The notes under the pieces are model-generated. The model was not told where the DNA came from and made no database searches. It was given only the letters and a program-made list of their open reading frames with translations. The position numbers and the translations under genes were made by a program. DNA of 64,000 nt from Terracidiphilus sp. GTDB taxonomy: Bacteria; Acidobacteriota; Terriglobia; Terriglobales; Acidobacteriaceae. Below are positions 48,883-57,458 of the stretch, one piece after another; positions within the stretch are counted from its first letter, which is position 1; every line of letters begins with the position of its first letter. The DNA is taken from the NCBI GenBank assembly GCA_052145255.1, contig JBKQOX010000026.1, positions 33,528 through 97,527 of the forward strand. Reading direction: 5' to 3'.

Positions 48883-49854
48883 TTATGGCCGGTTTGGCGT
48901 AATGCGAATGAGATCGAGCCGATCTCCGGTCCCGCCTACTTCTTCCAACACAAACTCCGGCGAGGCTGCCGGGACCGCAACAATTCCGCGTGGCGGAAGA
49001 TCGATTGGGTCAAATTTCGCTCCCGAGGGACCCGCGGCCGACAGCCGCCCCGCTCCGGCAGCCGCAAACAGGTATGCGAGCCCGCGCTTGCCGCCCGCGC
49101 CGCGCAGGGTTTCGCTCATCAGGTCGCGGACCACGGGAATTCGCTCCACGCGAAAGTATGCAACATCGATCAGAACCGTGCGATCTGCAAGTTCGATCGG
49201 GGCCACCTTCCCGGCACGCGTCACGAGCTTCGTCGCTTCCAGCGATTTCTCAATGTGCAGCTGGCGCGGACGCCCGTAGTCATACATCCTGTAAGTCACG
49301 TCGGAATTCTGCTGCGTCTCAAGCAGAATCGACCCCGGCCAGATCGCGTGCACGGTTCCAGCATCGACATAAATCGTGTCTCCCACCGCAACCGAAACCA
49401 TGTTCAATCGGTCTTCGAGCGTTCCCGCGCGAATGCCCTCCTCAATTTCGCCGAGCGTGGTTCCGGGCTTCACACCGACTGCAACCTCCGCTCCCGGCTC
49501 GGCGGCCAGCGCATACCAGCACTCCGTCTTACCGCGCGGCTCGCCGTATTTCCGCGCCATCGCGTCGTCGGGATGCACCTGGACACTCAGCTTTTCCCGC
49601 GCAAAGATCGTCTTGATCAGCAAAGGCGAACCCACGGCCGGAGCGTCGGGACCGAGCAGTGCCGAGTTTTCCTTTTTGAAAAGCGTGCCCAGCTTTTTGC
49701 CGGCGTCCGGCCCGGTCGCGACGGAGCATTCGTCGCCGGTCAGCCAGACTTCGCCGATGGGATCGCCTTCGGCCACGCGGTCGTACCAGGGCCGCAGGTC
49801 GCGGAATCCCCACACCCGCGCCGTAAACACGGGGTCGATGCGGAACGGCGCCAT
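48883..49854 (-). CDS. manA: Type I phosphomannose isomerase (cupin)
   Basis: RVWGFRDL, IGEVW, PLLIKTIFAREKLSVQVHPDD, GKTECWY, AGTVHAI, ETQQNSDVTYRMYDYGR; start 49854 or 49887. Confidence 0.9.
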   Translation of the reverse strand: MAPFRIDPVFTARVWGFRDLRPWYDRVAEGDPIGEVWLTGDECSVATGPDAGKKLGTLFKKENSALLGPDAPAVGSPLLIKTIFAREKLSVQVHPDDAMARKYGEPRGKTECWYALAAEPGAEVAVGVKPGTTLGEIEEGIRAGTLEDRLNMVSVAVGDTIYVDAGTVHAIWPGSILLETQQNSDVTYRMYDYGRPRQLHIEKSLEATKLVTRAGKVAPIELADRTVLIDVAYFRVERIPVVRDLMSETLRGAGGKRGLAYLFAAAGAGRLSAAGPSGAKFDPIDLPPRGIVAVPAASPEFVLEEVGGTGDRLDLIRITPNRP

Positions 49855-50039
49855 TTCAGTTGCCGAAGAATGCGCTGAAGCTGCCATAGAGCTTGCTGCT
49901 AACCTCTTTGCCTCGTTGCCGTTGCCGCCGGTTCCCAGCTCCGGTCCCGAAGACACTCTCACTCTAGCAGACAGGCGAATCTGCTTTTGATCAAAAATGC
50001 GCTTGATTCCAGCCTGTCGCATGCTACCCTCGACCTGCC

Positions 50040-51308
50040 ATGCGCCATCGAGTTCAATTACTCCTTGCAGCGTTTGCTGTTTTCGGGGCTCTGCACCCAA
50101 TTTCCGCCCAGAAATTTCTTCCCAAGTCCATCCAGTTTCAGGGCGCGCCCGAGTACTCCACCGACGAACTGCTCTCTGCAACGGGACTGAAAAAGGACGT
50201 CGTCCTCAGCTACACAGACATGCAGGACTACTCGAAGCGTCTGCTGGGTTCAGGTGCCTTTGCGTCTGTGGCCTTCAAGTTCGACGGCCAGGATTTGATC
50301 TTTCTGCTCACCCCGTCCACCGATCTCTACCCAATCCAGCTTCAAAATCTTCCGCTCACTCCTGGCGCGGATCTCGACGCCAAGCTCCACGAGCAGATTC
50401 CGCTTTATCACGGCAAGGTCCCGGCCGAGGGCGGCCTTACGGACGCCGTGAGCAGTGCGCTCCAACAGATGCTCGCGGCAAAGGGGCTGAAGGCAACCGT
50501 CACCGCCACAGCAGTCGAGACGGGGGGCGCGTTCGTCAGCTTCTTGATTGAATCTCCCGCAGTCGTGGTCGGCCCGATTCGGATTGCAAGCACGTCGGCG
50601 GCGCTCGACAGCGGCGCCCAGGGAATTCTCGCAAAACTGAACGGATCGCCTTACGACTCGACAGGAACCACAAGCCAGCTCACCACTTATCTGGGCAATT
50701 ACTACCACAACAGCGGATATTTGGAGGCCGAAGTTCACGCAGAGCCGGATGGTGAGCCCAGCGAAACAGACACTGCGATTCAGGTTCCCTTTGAGATCTC
50801 GGTGACACCTGGCATTCAGTACCGCCTCGCCGGAGTGCAATTCGCGCCAGATATTCCGACGACGCAGGCCGACTTCTTCCGGCAATCGCCCATCCATCCC
50901 GGCAACATCGCCGACGGTCAGCACCTGACTGAGGACTGGCAGTATATTTCGCGCCAGTACCACAATCACGGATACATGATGGCGAGCGTCCACCCTGCGC
51001 CCACGTTCGATCACGAGAAAGGAACAGTCAGCTTCATGGTTACGGCCGACTCCGGTCCCATCTACACCATGGGTACGCTCACAATTGAGAACGTCAGCGA
51101 CGAACTACGCGCGGCGATACTCGCCGCGTGGAAGATGCCACAGGGTTCAGTCTTCAACGAGGGCGCGGCCCGCGGGTTTTTCATCACGCACGGCGTGAAC
51201 CCCGCGCTTGAACGCGTCTTCGCCGCGGTGAATGTGTCCTATACACAACAACTGAATGACACGAATCACAGCGTCGATCTGGTTTTGAAGCTGGAGAAGA
51301 AACCCTGA
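50040..51308 (+). CDS. Secreted multi-POTRA protein without a beta-barrel, paralogue 1
   Basis: Signal peptide; SIQFQGAPEYSTDELL, RLLGSGAFASV, YHNSGYLEAEV, YHNHGYMMASV, GPIYTMGTLTI; ends at 422 aa. Confidence 0.75.
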   Translation: MRHRVQLLLAAFAVFGALHPISAQKFLPKSIQFQGAPEYSTDELLSATGLKKDVVLSYTDMQDYSKRLLGSGAFASVAFKFDGQDLIFLLTPSTDLYPIQLQNLPLTPGADLDAKLHEQIPLYHGKVPAEGGLTDAVSSALQQMLAAKGLKATVTATAVETGGAFVSFLIESPAVVVGPIRIASTSAALDSGAQGILAKLNGSPYDSTGTTSQLTTYLGNYYHNSGYLEAEVHAEPDGEPSETDTAIQVPFEISVTPGIQYRLAGVQFAPDIPTTQADFFRQSPIHPGNIADGQHLTEDWQYISRQYHNHGYMMASVHPAPTFDHEKGTVSFMVTADSGPIYTMGTLTIENVSDELRAAILAAWKMPQGSVFNEGAARGFFITHGVNPALERVFAAVNVSYTQQLNDTNHSVDLVLKLEKKP

Positions 51309-51327
51309 TTCCGGGTATCCTCTCTCC

Positions 51328-51915
51328 ATGCTCCACTCTGTGATCTTCAACGACATGTTCCAAATGCAGCTTCCGTTTCTGGAGAAGCTGCTTCGTCCCG
51401 CCATCGTCTACCTGGCGCTGGTGGTGCTGCTGCGCATCTTCGGCAAGCGCGAACTGGCGCAGCTCAACCCGTTCGACCTTGTCGTTCTGCTCTCTCTCTC
51501 GAATACTGTGCAGAACGCCATCATCGGCAACGACAACTCCCTCTCCGGGGGAATCATCGGGGCCGTCGCTTTGCTGGCCGTGAACTGGCTGGTGGTCCGT
51601 GCGCTCTTCAGCTCGCCGAAGCTCACGCGCGCGTTCGAGGGCCGCGCCACTATTCTCATCCGTGACGGAAAGGTCGACCAGAAGGCGCTGCAGCGCGAGT
51701 CGCTCTCCCAGCAGGAACTCCTCGACGTGATCCACCGCCAGGGCTTCGACAGCGTCCAAAAAGTGCAGCGGTGCGAGCTGGAGCCCAACGGAACGTTTTA
51801 TGTGGAGGCCTTTCAGCCCTCCGTGGCCGACCAGCAGCACGACGAGCTGGTGGCGCGGCTGGAAGCGCTGCAGAGCCAGATTGCCGCGCTTCGACCGCAG
51901 CCTGCCGGCGATTAG
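51328..51915 (+). CDS. YetF/DUF421 family membrane protein
   Basis: LLRIFGKRELAQLNPFDLVVLL, ILIRDGKV, LEPNGTF. Confidence 0.9.
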   Translation: MLHSVIFNDMFQMQLPFLEKLLRPAIVYLALVVLLRIFGKRELAQLNPFDLVVLLSLSNTVQNAIIGNDNSLSGGIIGAVALLAVNWLVVRALFSSPKLTRAFEGRATILIRDGKVDQKALQRESLSQQELLDVIHRQGFDSVQKVQRCELEPNGTFYVEAFQPSVADQQHDELVARLEALQSQIAALRPQPAGD

Positions 51916-51973
51916 CGGGCTGTTTTGCTGCCGCTGGTGCTCGGTCTGCTAGGGGCAACCGAGTATATTCCAC

Positions 51974-52009
51974 TTGCGGATATATCCGTTTCGGATATAT
52001 AGTGCCAGC
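51974..52009 (+). promoter_or_regulatory. Probable leaderless promoter with a 9-3-9 palindromic operator
   Basis: TTGCGG (51974), 18-nt spacer, TATAGT (51998), 6 nt, ATG 52010; ATATATCCG-TTT-CGGATATAT at 51980-52000. Confidence 0.7.
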
Positions 52010-52354
52010 ATGGATACTCGATCGGATCCCGGAGCACCCCTCACTCCCGCGGTTTTTGCCATCCTTCTTTCGCTTGCCGAAGGGGAAAAGCACGGATACC
52101 TCATCATGAAAGATGCGCGCACGCCCGAAGGAGGCGGTGTACGACTTGGTCCCGGAACACTCTATGGCTCACTGGACCGCATGATGCGCGACGGGCTGGT
52201 CGCCGAATCGGGTATGTCCGACGACGAGCGCCGCCGCTATTACCGCTTGGCCGCACCGGGCCGTCGCGCTCTCACCGCAGAGCTTCGGCGCCTCGATGCC
52301 GCCGTGAAATCCGCCCGGTCGCTCGGCCTGTTTCCCAACAGGAGCCGCCCATGA
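52010..52354 (+). CDS. PadR family transcriptional regulator
   Basis: FAILLSLAEGEKHGYLIMK, LGPGTLYGSLDRM, RRRYYRL. Confidence 0.92.
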   Translation: MDTRSDPGAPLTPAVFAILLSLAEGEKHGYLIMKDARTPEGGGVRLGPGTLYGSLDRMMRDGLVAESGMSDDERRRYYRLAAPGRRALTAELRRLDAAVKSARSLGLFPNRSRP

Positions 52355-53157
52355 CACCCGATCGCGTCGAACGGATTTACACAATTGCACTCCGCCTTTA
52401 CCCCAAACGATTTCGGACTTCGTACGAGTCCGCTATGCTCCAGGCGTTCCGAGATACGCGCGCCGATCGCTCTCTCTCGCACGGAGTTGTGGCCCGCACA
52501 ATCCTCAAGGATCTTATTGTTTCGCTCGTAAAGGAGCATCTCGCCATGCTGTGCGAAGCCTTTGGTCGTCCCGCCTTGCTCTTCAACGCCTTTGTCCTGA
52601 CCGGAATCTCCACCATCCTCGCTCTGGCGCTCTATGCAATTCCGCAACAGGTGCTCCGGCAAGGGGCAAATGATCCGCAGATCGCGATGGCGACTGACCT
52701 CGCCGTCTACCTGAATCAATATGGCGTCACCGACGGCCTCAGCCAGGGCGCGTTGACCGTGCGCGGCGGCGGAATCGTCGACATGGCGAGGAGCTTGTCC
52801 CCGTTTCTGATTGTCTACGACGATGAGGGCCGCGCTTTGGGCTCAACTGGGCAGCTTGACGGGCAGATGCCCGCCCCTCCCCAGGGCGTCTTTGATTATG
52901 TGCGCGCGCACGGCGAGGAGCGAGTGAGCTGGCAGCCGATCCTCGGCACCGAGCGCGGAGTTCGCATTGCCGCCGTCGTAGAGCGCGTCAGCGGAAATCA
53001 ACCTGGATTTGTTCTCGCCGGACGTTCTTTGCGCGAGGTCGAAGTTCGCGAGGCGCATGTGGAACACATGGCCGGGCTGGCATGGATAGGAATGTTGGCG
53101 TTGGTTCTGTTTGGGACCGCTGCTTTTGGCTGGTTTACGCGCCCGAAGATCGCGTGA
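52351..53157 (+). CDS. Membrane protein with cytoplasmic N-terminal helices, TM, extracytoplasmic Cache/PAS-like domain and C-terminal TM
   Basis: ATGA overlap with padR; ALRLYPKRFRTSY, TM, SLSPFLIVYDDEG..LGSTGQLDG..PAPPQGVF..GEERVSWQP, FVLAGRSLREVE, TM. Confidence 0.8.
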   Translation: MTPDRVERIYTIALRLYPKRFRTSYESAMLQAFRDTRADRSLSHGVVARTILKDLIVSLVKEHLAMLCEAFGRPALLFNAFVLTGISTILALALYAIPQQVLRQGANDPQIAMATDLAVYLNQYGVTDGLSQGALTVRGGGIVDMARSLSPFLIVYDDEGRALGSTGQLDGQMPAPPQGVFDYVRAHGEERVSWQPILGTERGVRIAAVVERVSGNQPGFVLAGRSLREVEVREAHVEHMAGLAWIGMLALVLFGTAAFGWFTRPKIA

Positions 53158-53201
53158 TGCATTTCATTGCAGCATCCGCAGTTTGCTAATCTTGGCGCAG
53201 C

Positions 53202-54497
53202 ATGATCAAAACGGCTCGACTGCTTGTTGTTGTTCTCCTATGCTCGCTACCGTTGCTCGCGCAGAAGAAGGCTCCGCCCCGGGCCATCCGTTTTCAAGGC
53301 GCGACGCAATATTCGCAGGATGAGCTGCTCGCGGCCGCCGGCATCAAGCCCGGCGCGCGGCTCACCGTCGCCGACGTAAAAGCGCACGCCAAACAGCTCA
53401 ACGATACGGGCTTCTTTGCGGTGGTCAAGTTCGGCAACGACAGCAAGGGCCTTCTTTTCACGTTGACTCCTGCCGGCCAGCTCTACCCCATGCATCTCGA
53501 CAATCTGCCGCTCAAGCCGGGCAAAGATCTCGACGACAAAATCCATGCGCGCTTCCCGCTTTATCACGGCCTTTTGCCCCCCAGCGGCTCTACGGACGAT
53601 GGAATCTGCCAAATGCTTGAAGCAATGCTGGCGGACGAAGGTGCGAAGGCGACGGTAAAAGCGAGTCTCACGAGCGACCTCGGCCCTAGGAAAATAACGG
53701 CGATGAACTTTACGATCACATCGCCGCCGGTACACATCGGTCCAATTCAGCTTGCCGGCGTTTCGCCCGCCATGCAGGCCAAAGTGAATACTCTCGTCGA
53801 GGGCCAGACCGGAAACGAGTTCGATACGGAGAACACCGCAATCGGGCTACAGCACGCCTTTGAAGATCTGTACCAGGACCAGGGTTACGCGGCCGTCAAA
53901 ATCGACGTGGGCCAACTCGATCCTCGCGTTATCTCGGGCCAAGGCCCGGATATTGCCATCGAAATCGCTTTTTCGGTCGCGATCACGGAAGGCGGAGTCT
54001 ATAAGCTCGGAACCATCAACTATCCGGCGGATGCACTGGCTTCGCGCGCGGAGGTCGGGAAGTTTCTGGCGAAGTATCAGGCCGGTTCCGGCAGGCCGCT
54101 CGATCAGTTTCTCCTGGCCGTCAACGACGCCTATCACGCCCGCGGGTATCTCGATTGCTCCGTCGTCTCTCACGCTTCATTCAACGAGGCCACGCACATC
54201 GTGAACTACAGCGTCGAGATCGATCCCGGACCGCTCTATAAAATGGGCGCGGTTCAATTCGATGGCGCTCCCGATGCCATGGCTATAAAACTCAAAAGTG
54301 CCTGGAAACTCGCGCCCGGCGCGACCTTTGACGAAAGTTACGTTTCAGCTTTCGCGGCCCAGGCGGAAAAGAAAGACAAGGCCTTGTCGAAGTGGATGCA
54401 AACCGTTCTCGTCACATTCAATGAGAAGCCCGACCCCGACACGCATCAGGTCAACTGCATCTTCCACTTCGCAAAGGCTGGGCAGGGCGGGCGGTAG
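53202..54497 (+). CDS. Secreted multi-POTRA protein without a beta-barrel, paralogue 2
   Basis: Signal peptide; AIRFQGATQYSQDELL, QLNDTGFFAVV, YQDQGYAAVKI, YHARGYLDCSV, GPLYKMGAVQF. Confidence 0.75.
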   Translation: MIKTARLLVVVLLCSLPLLAQKKAPPRAIRFQGATQYSQDELLAAAGIKPGARLTVADVKAHAKQLNDTGFFAVVKFGNDSKGLLFTLTPAGQLYPMHLDNLPLKPGKDLDDKIHARFPLYHGLLPPSGSTDDGICQMLEAMLADEGAKATVKASLTSDLGPRKITAMNFTITSPPVHIGPIQLAGVSPAMQAKVNTLVEGQTGNEFDTENTAIGLQHAFEDLYQDQGYAAVKIDVGQLDPRVISGQGPDIAIEIAFSVAITEGGVYKLGTINYPADALASRAEVGKFLAKYQAGSGRPLDQFLLAVNDAYHARGYLDCSVVSHASFNEATHIVNYSVEIDPGPLYKMGAVQFDGAPDAMAIKLKSAWKLAPGATFDESYVSAFAAQAEKKDKALSKWMQTVLVTFNEKPDPDTHQVNCIFHFAKAGQGGR

Positions 54498-54678
54498 GAC
54501 TTGCCGTCCAGGCAACTGCGCCTGCGGCGCGATTTGTCGAAGCTCGATCCGCATTGCCCAGCTTGGTGAACAATTCGCCTGAACTAGCTTCTAGCACAAC
54601 TCAAATAGCATGCGCGATGCTGCAAGCATCGCCCTTCCACATTTGGCGGCCGAAGGCCGCGGCTGCCTTAATGGCAAA

Positions 54679-56226
54679 TCACTCCCACTCGATCGTGCCC
54701 GGCGGCTTCGACGTAATGTCGTACACCACGCGGTTGATCCCGCGGACTTCGTTCACAATCCTGTTGGAGATGCGCTTCAAGAGGTCGTACGACAGGGGTG
54801 TCCAGTCGGCAGTCATGCCGTCTTCAGAATGTACAGCGCGGATGGCGCAGGTATACGCGTAAGTGCGCTGGTCGCCCATCACACCCACGCTCATCACCGG
54901 CAGCAGCACGGCGAAGCTCTGCCAGATCTTGGTATAAAGCCCGGCGGCCTTGATCTCAGCGACGACGATCTCGTCGGCTTCTTGCAGCAGCGCCACGCGC
55001 TCCGGTGTCACTTCGCCCAGGATGCGCACCGCCAGCCCCGGACCAGGAAACGGTTGCCGGCTCAGAATTTCTTCGGGCATTCCCAGATCGCGCCCGATGC
55101 GCCGGACCTCATCCTTGAACAGGTCGCGCAGCGGCTCGATCAACTTGAGCTTCATCCGCTCCGGCAGGCCGCCCACGTTGTGGTGGCTCTTGATGGTCTG
55201 GCTCGGTCCCTTCACGCTCGACGATTCGATCACGTCGGGATAAAGCGTTCCCTGCACCAGCCACTCCACGCCGCCCGTCGCCTGCGCGATGCGATTGGCT
55301 TCGTCCTCAAACACCGCGATGAACTCCGCTCCGATGCGCTTGCGCTTCATTTCGGGTTCGGTCACCCCGGCCAGCTTCTCCAAAAAGCGCGCGCTCGCGT
55401 TCACACCAACGATCTTTAGTCCCAGTTTGCCGCGGAGGTTCGCCTGCACGCTGGTGAACTCGTTCTTACGCAGCACGCCGTTGTTCACAAAAATGCACGT
55501 CAGCTGGTCGCCGATCGCTTTGTGGACCAGCACCGCGGCCACCGAGGAATCCACGCCGCCCGAAAGCCCGCAGATTACGTGCCCTCCGCCCACCTTCTCG
55601 CGGATCGAGGCGACTGTGTTCTCGATAAAGTGTGCCGCGGTCCAGTCGCCGCGCGCTCCGCAGATGGTCAGAAAGTTTCGAATGAGCTGCGGCCCCAGCG
55701 GTGTGTGGTGCACCTCGGGATGGAATTGCACAGCCCAGATGCCGCGTCCCTCGTTGGCGATTCCGGCCAGCGCGTTTTCGGTAACGGCGATGCGGCGAAA
55801 ACCCGGGGGCAGCTCGGCCGCCTCGTCGCCATGGCTCATCCACACATGGATCGTCGCCGGCAGCCCCGCGAAGAGCGGCGTCGACAGGTCTTCCAACTTG
55901 ACCTCAGCATGGCCGTACTCGCGCTTGGGCGCGGAGAGCACCTTGCCGCCCAGGTGATGCACGATGAAATGGAGTCCGTAGCAAACGCCCAGCACGGGCA
56001 CGCCGAGTTCAAGAACACCAGGGTCGGCAGCCGGAGCATCCTCGTCGTACACCGACGAAGGGCCGCCCGAAAGAATCAATCCAATCGGCTTGAGCGCCCG
56101 AATCTCGCCGAGAGGCGCCGTGCACGGCAACACCACCGAAAATACATTCTGCTCGCGAATGCGCCGCGCGATGAGCTGCGTGTATTGCGACCCGAAATCG
56201 AGGATGACAATTGTCTGGGTGTCCAC
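54679..56226 (-). CDS. guaA: GMP synthase (glutamine-hydrolysing)
   Basis: [66 protein letters not shown]. Confidence 0.99.
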   Translation of the reverse strand: MDTQTIVILDFGSQYTQLIARRIREQNVFSVVLPCTAPLGEIRALKPIGLILSGGPSSVYDEDAPAADPGVLELGVPVLGVCYGLHFIVHHLGGKVLSAPKREYGHAEVKLEDLSTPLFAGLPATIHVWMSHGDEAAELPPGFRRIAVTENALAGIANEGRGIWAVQFHPEVHHTPLGPQLIRNFLTICGARGDWTAAHFIENTVASIREKVGGGHVICGLSGGVDSSVAAVLVHKAIGDQLTCIFVNNGVLRKNEFTSVQANLRGKLGLKIVGVNASARFLEKLAGVTEPEMKRKRIGAEFIAVFEDEANRIAQATGGVEWLVQGTLYPDVIESSSVKGPSQTIKSHHNVGGLPERMKLKLIEPLRDLFKDEVRRIGRDLGMPEEILSRQPFPGPGLAVRILGEVTPERVALLQEADEIVVAEIKAAGLYTKIWQSFAVLLPVMSVGVMGDQRTYAYTCAIRAVHSEDGMTADWTPLSYDLLKRISNRIVNEVRGINRVVYDITSKPPGTIEWE

Positions 56227-56275
56227 GCTTCAGTGTGGCAGGGGCCGGTGCGGGATGTAAAGACTCTCTTCGTCT

Positions 56276-57325
56276 CTACGGCAGCTTCGCTGCGGCTGCG
56301 ATCGGATCCCAATGGTCCGCGCCAGCCAGAAACGCTCGCGGCCTGTATTGCGCCGCTTGTCGCGCCGTCAGTTGGTGCGACCATGGCACGCGAGCCGCCG
56401 CATTCGCTCCGGCGCCAGACGAATGAAACTCCGCGTAATACGCCTCGGGCACTGCCGTCGTTTTGCCCCACGCATTCCAACCTTCGGGAATCACGTCAGC
56501 GGGCAATTCTGTGTTGATGTACACCACGCGCGAATACGGTCGCCAAGGGCGCCCCAGACTGATCGTGTCGCGCACCGGAGCGCCCATCTCCGACAACTCA
56601 TTGGCCACGATTCCGCTCGTCACCTTGCTGTCGACGATCACATAGCCCGTTGTCTGCTCCGGAGACGAGCGCGACTGCGCGGTCAGATACCCCGACCCGT
56701 TGGCATGAATCTCCGAGTGATCGAAGACTGCCGTCGCGTTGCCGAAGATGAAGTCAACCCCGCCTTCGATATAAGAATCCACGTAATACTGGCGCCCGTA
56801 GTCCGCGAACAGCGTGTCCTGGTGGCCGAGAAACCGGCAGTGCTTGAAGACTGCCTTATCCGCGCGCACCGCTGCAGCCACTGCCTGCCCCGTATTTCCG
56901 GCCGTGTTTTCAATGGTGATGTTGTCGGCCTCGAATCCTGACCCATTAATCTCCACGGTCTCGGTGAAGAACGTTCCCCCGGCTTGCTTCGCGTTCAGGC
57001 TGTCGGTGATCACCACGTCTGCCGGGCTCTTTCCCATGCCCACCAAAGTGATGTTCGTATGATTTTGCGTCACGATCACCCGCTCGTGATAGACGCCAGG
57101 CGCAATTTCGATGAACACCCGGCCCGGCTTGCCGTCGGTTCCAATACCGGCGAAGGGATGGTGGTCCATGGCCATCTGAATCGTCGGAAACTCCGTCGTG
57201 CCCTCGATCCCCGTCTTCACATCGGGCGAAACGCGAACGTGCACGTCCTGCGCGCTCGCCAGACAAAACCCCGCAAGGCTCAACCCGGTCAGGAAGCTCG
57301 CGGCAGTTGCACTTCGGCTTCGCAT
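56276..57325 (-). CDS. Pectin methylesterase (CE8)
   Basis: Start MRSRS at 57325 with signal peptide; GVYHE, GQAVA, GHQDTL, VDFIFG, LGRPW. Confidence 0.92.
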   Translation of the reverse strand: MRSRSATAASFLTGLSLAGFCLASAQDVHVRVSPDVKTGIEGTTEFPTIQMAMDHHPFAGIGTDGKPGRVFIEIAPGVYHERVIVTQNHTNITLVGMGKSPADVVITDSLNAKQAGGTFFTETVEINGSGFEADNITIENTAGNTGQAVAAAVRADKAVFKHCRFLGHQDTLFADYGRQYYVDSYIEGGVDFIFGNATAVFDHSEIHANGSGYLTAQSRSSPEQTTGYVIVDSKVTSGIVANELSEMGAPVRDTISLGRPWRPYSRVVYINTELPADVIPEGWNAWGKTTAVPEAYYAEFHSSGAGANAAARVPWSHQLTARQAAQYRPRAFLAGADHWDPIAAAAKLP

Positions 57326-57458
57326 TCCACAATTCTCTCCTGTCGCCCATTCCTCCGCGAGTGCGATACTCGATGTGCGTGCTAAAGCCAATCGCTGGGC
57401 TCGCTCCCCGTGCGGAGCTTGTTCGGTGCGCTCCACTCGATCTGAGAAAGGAAGCCTC

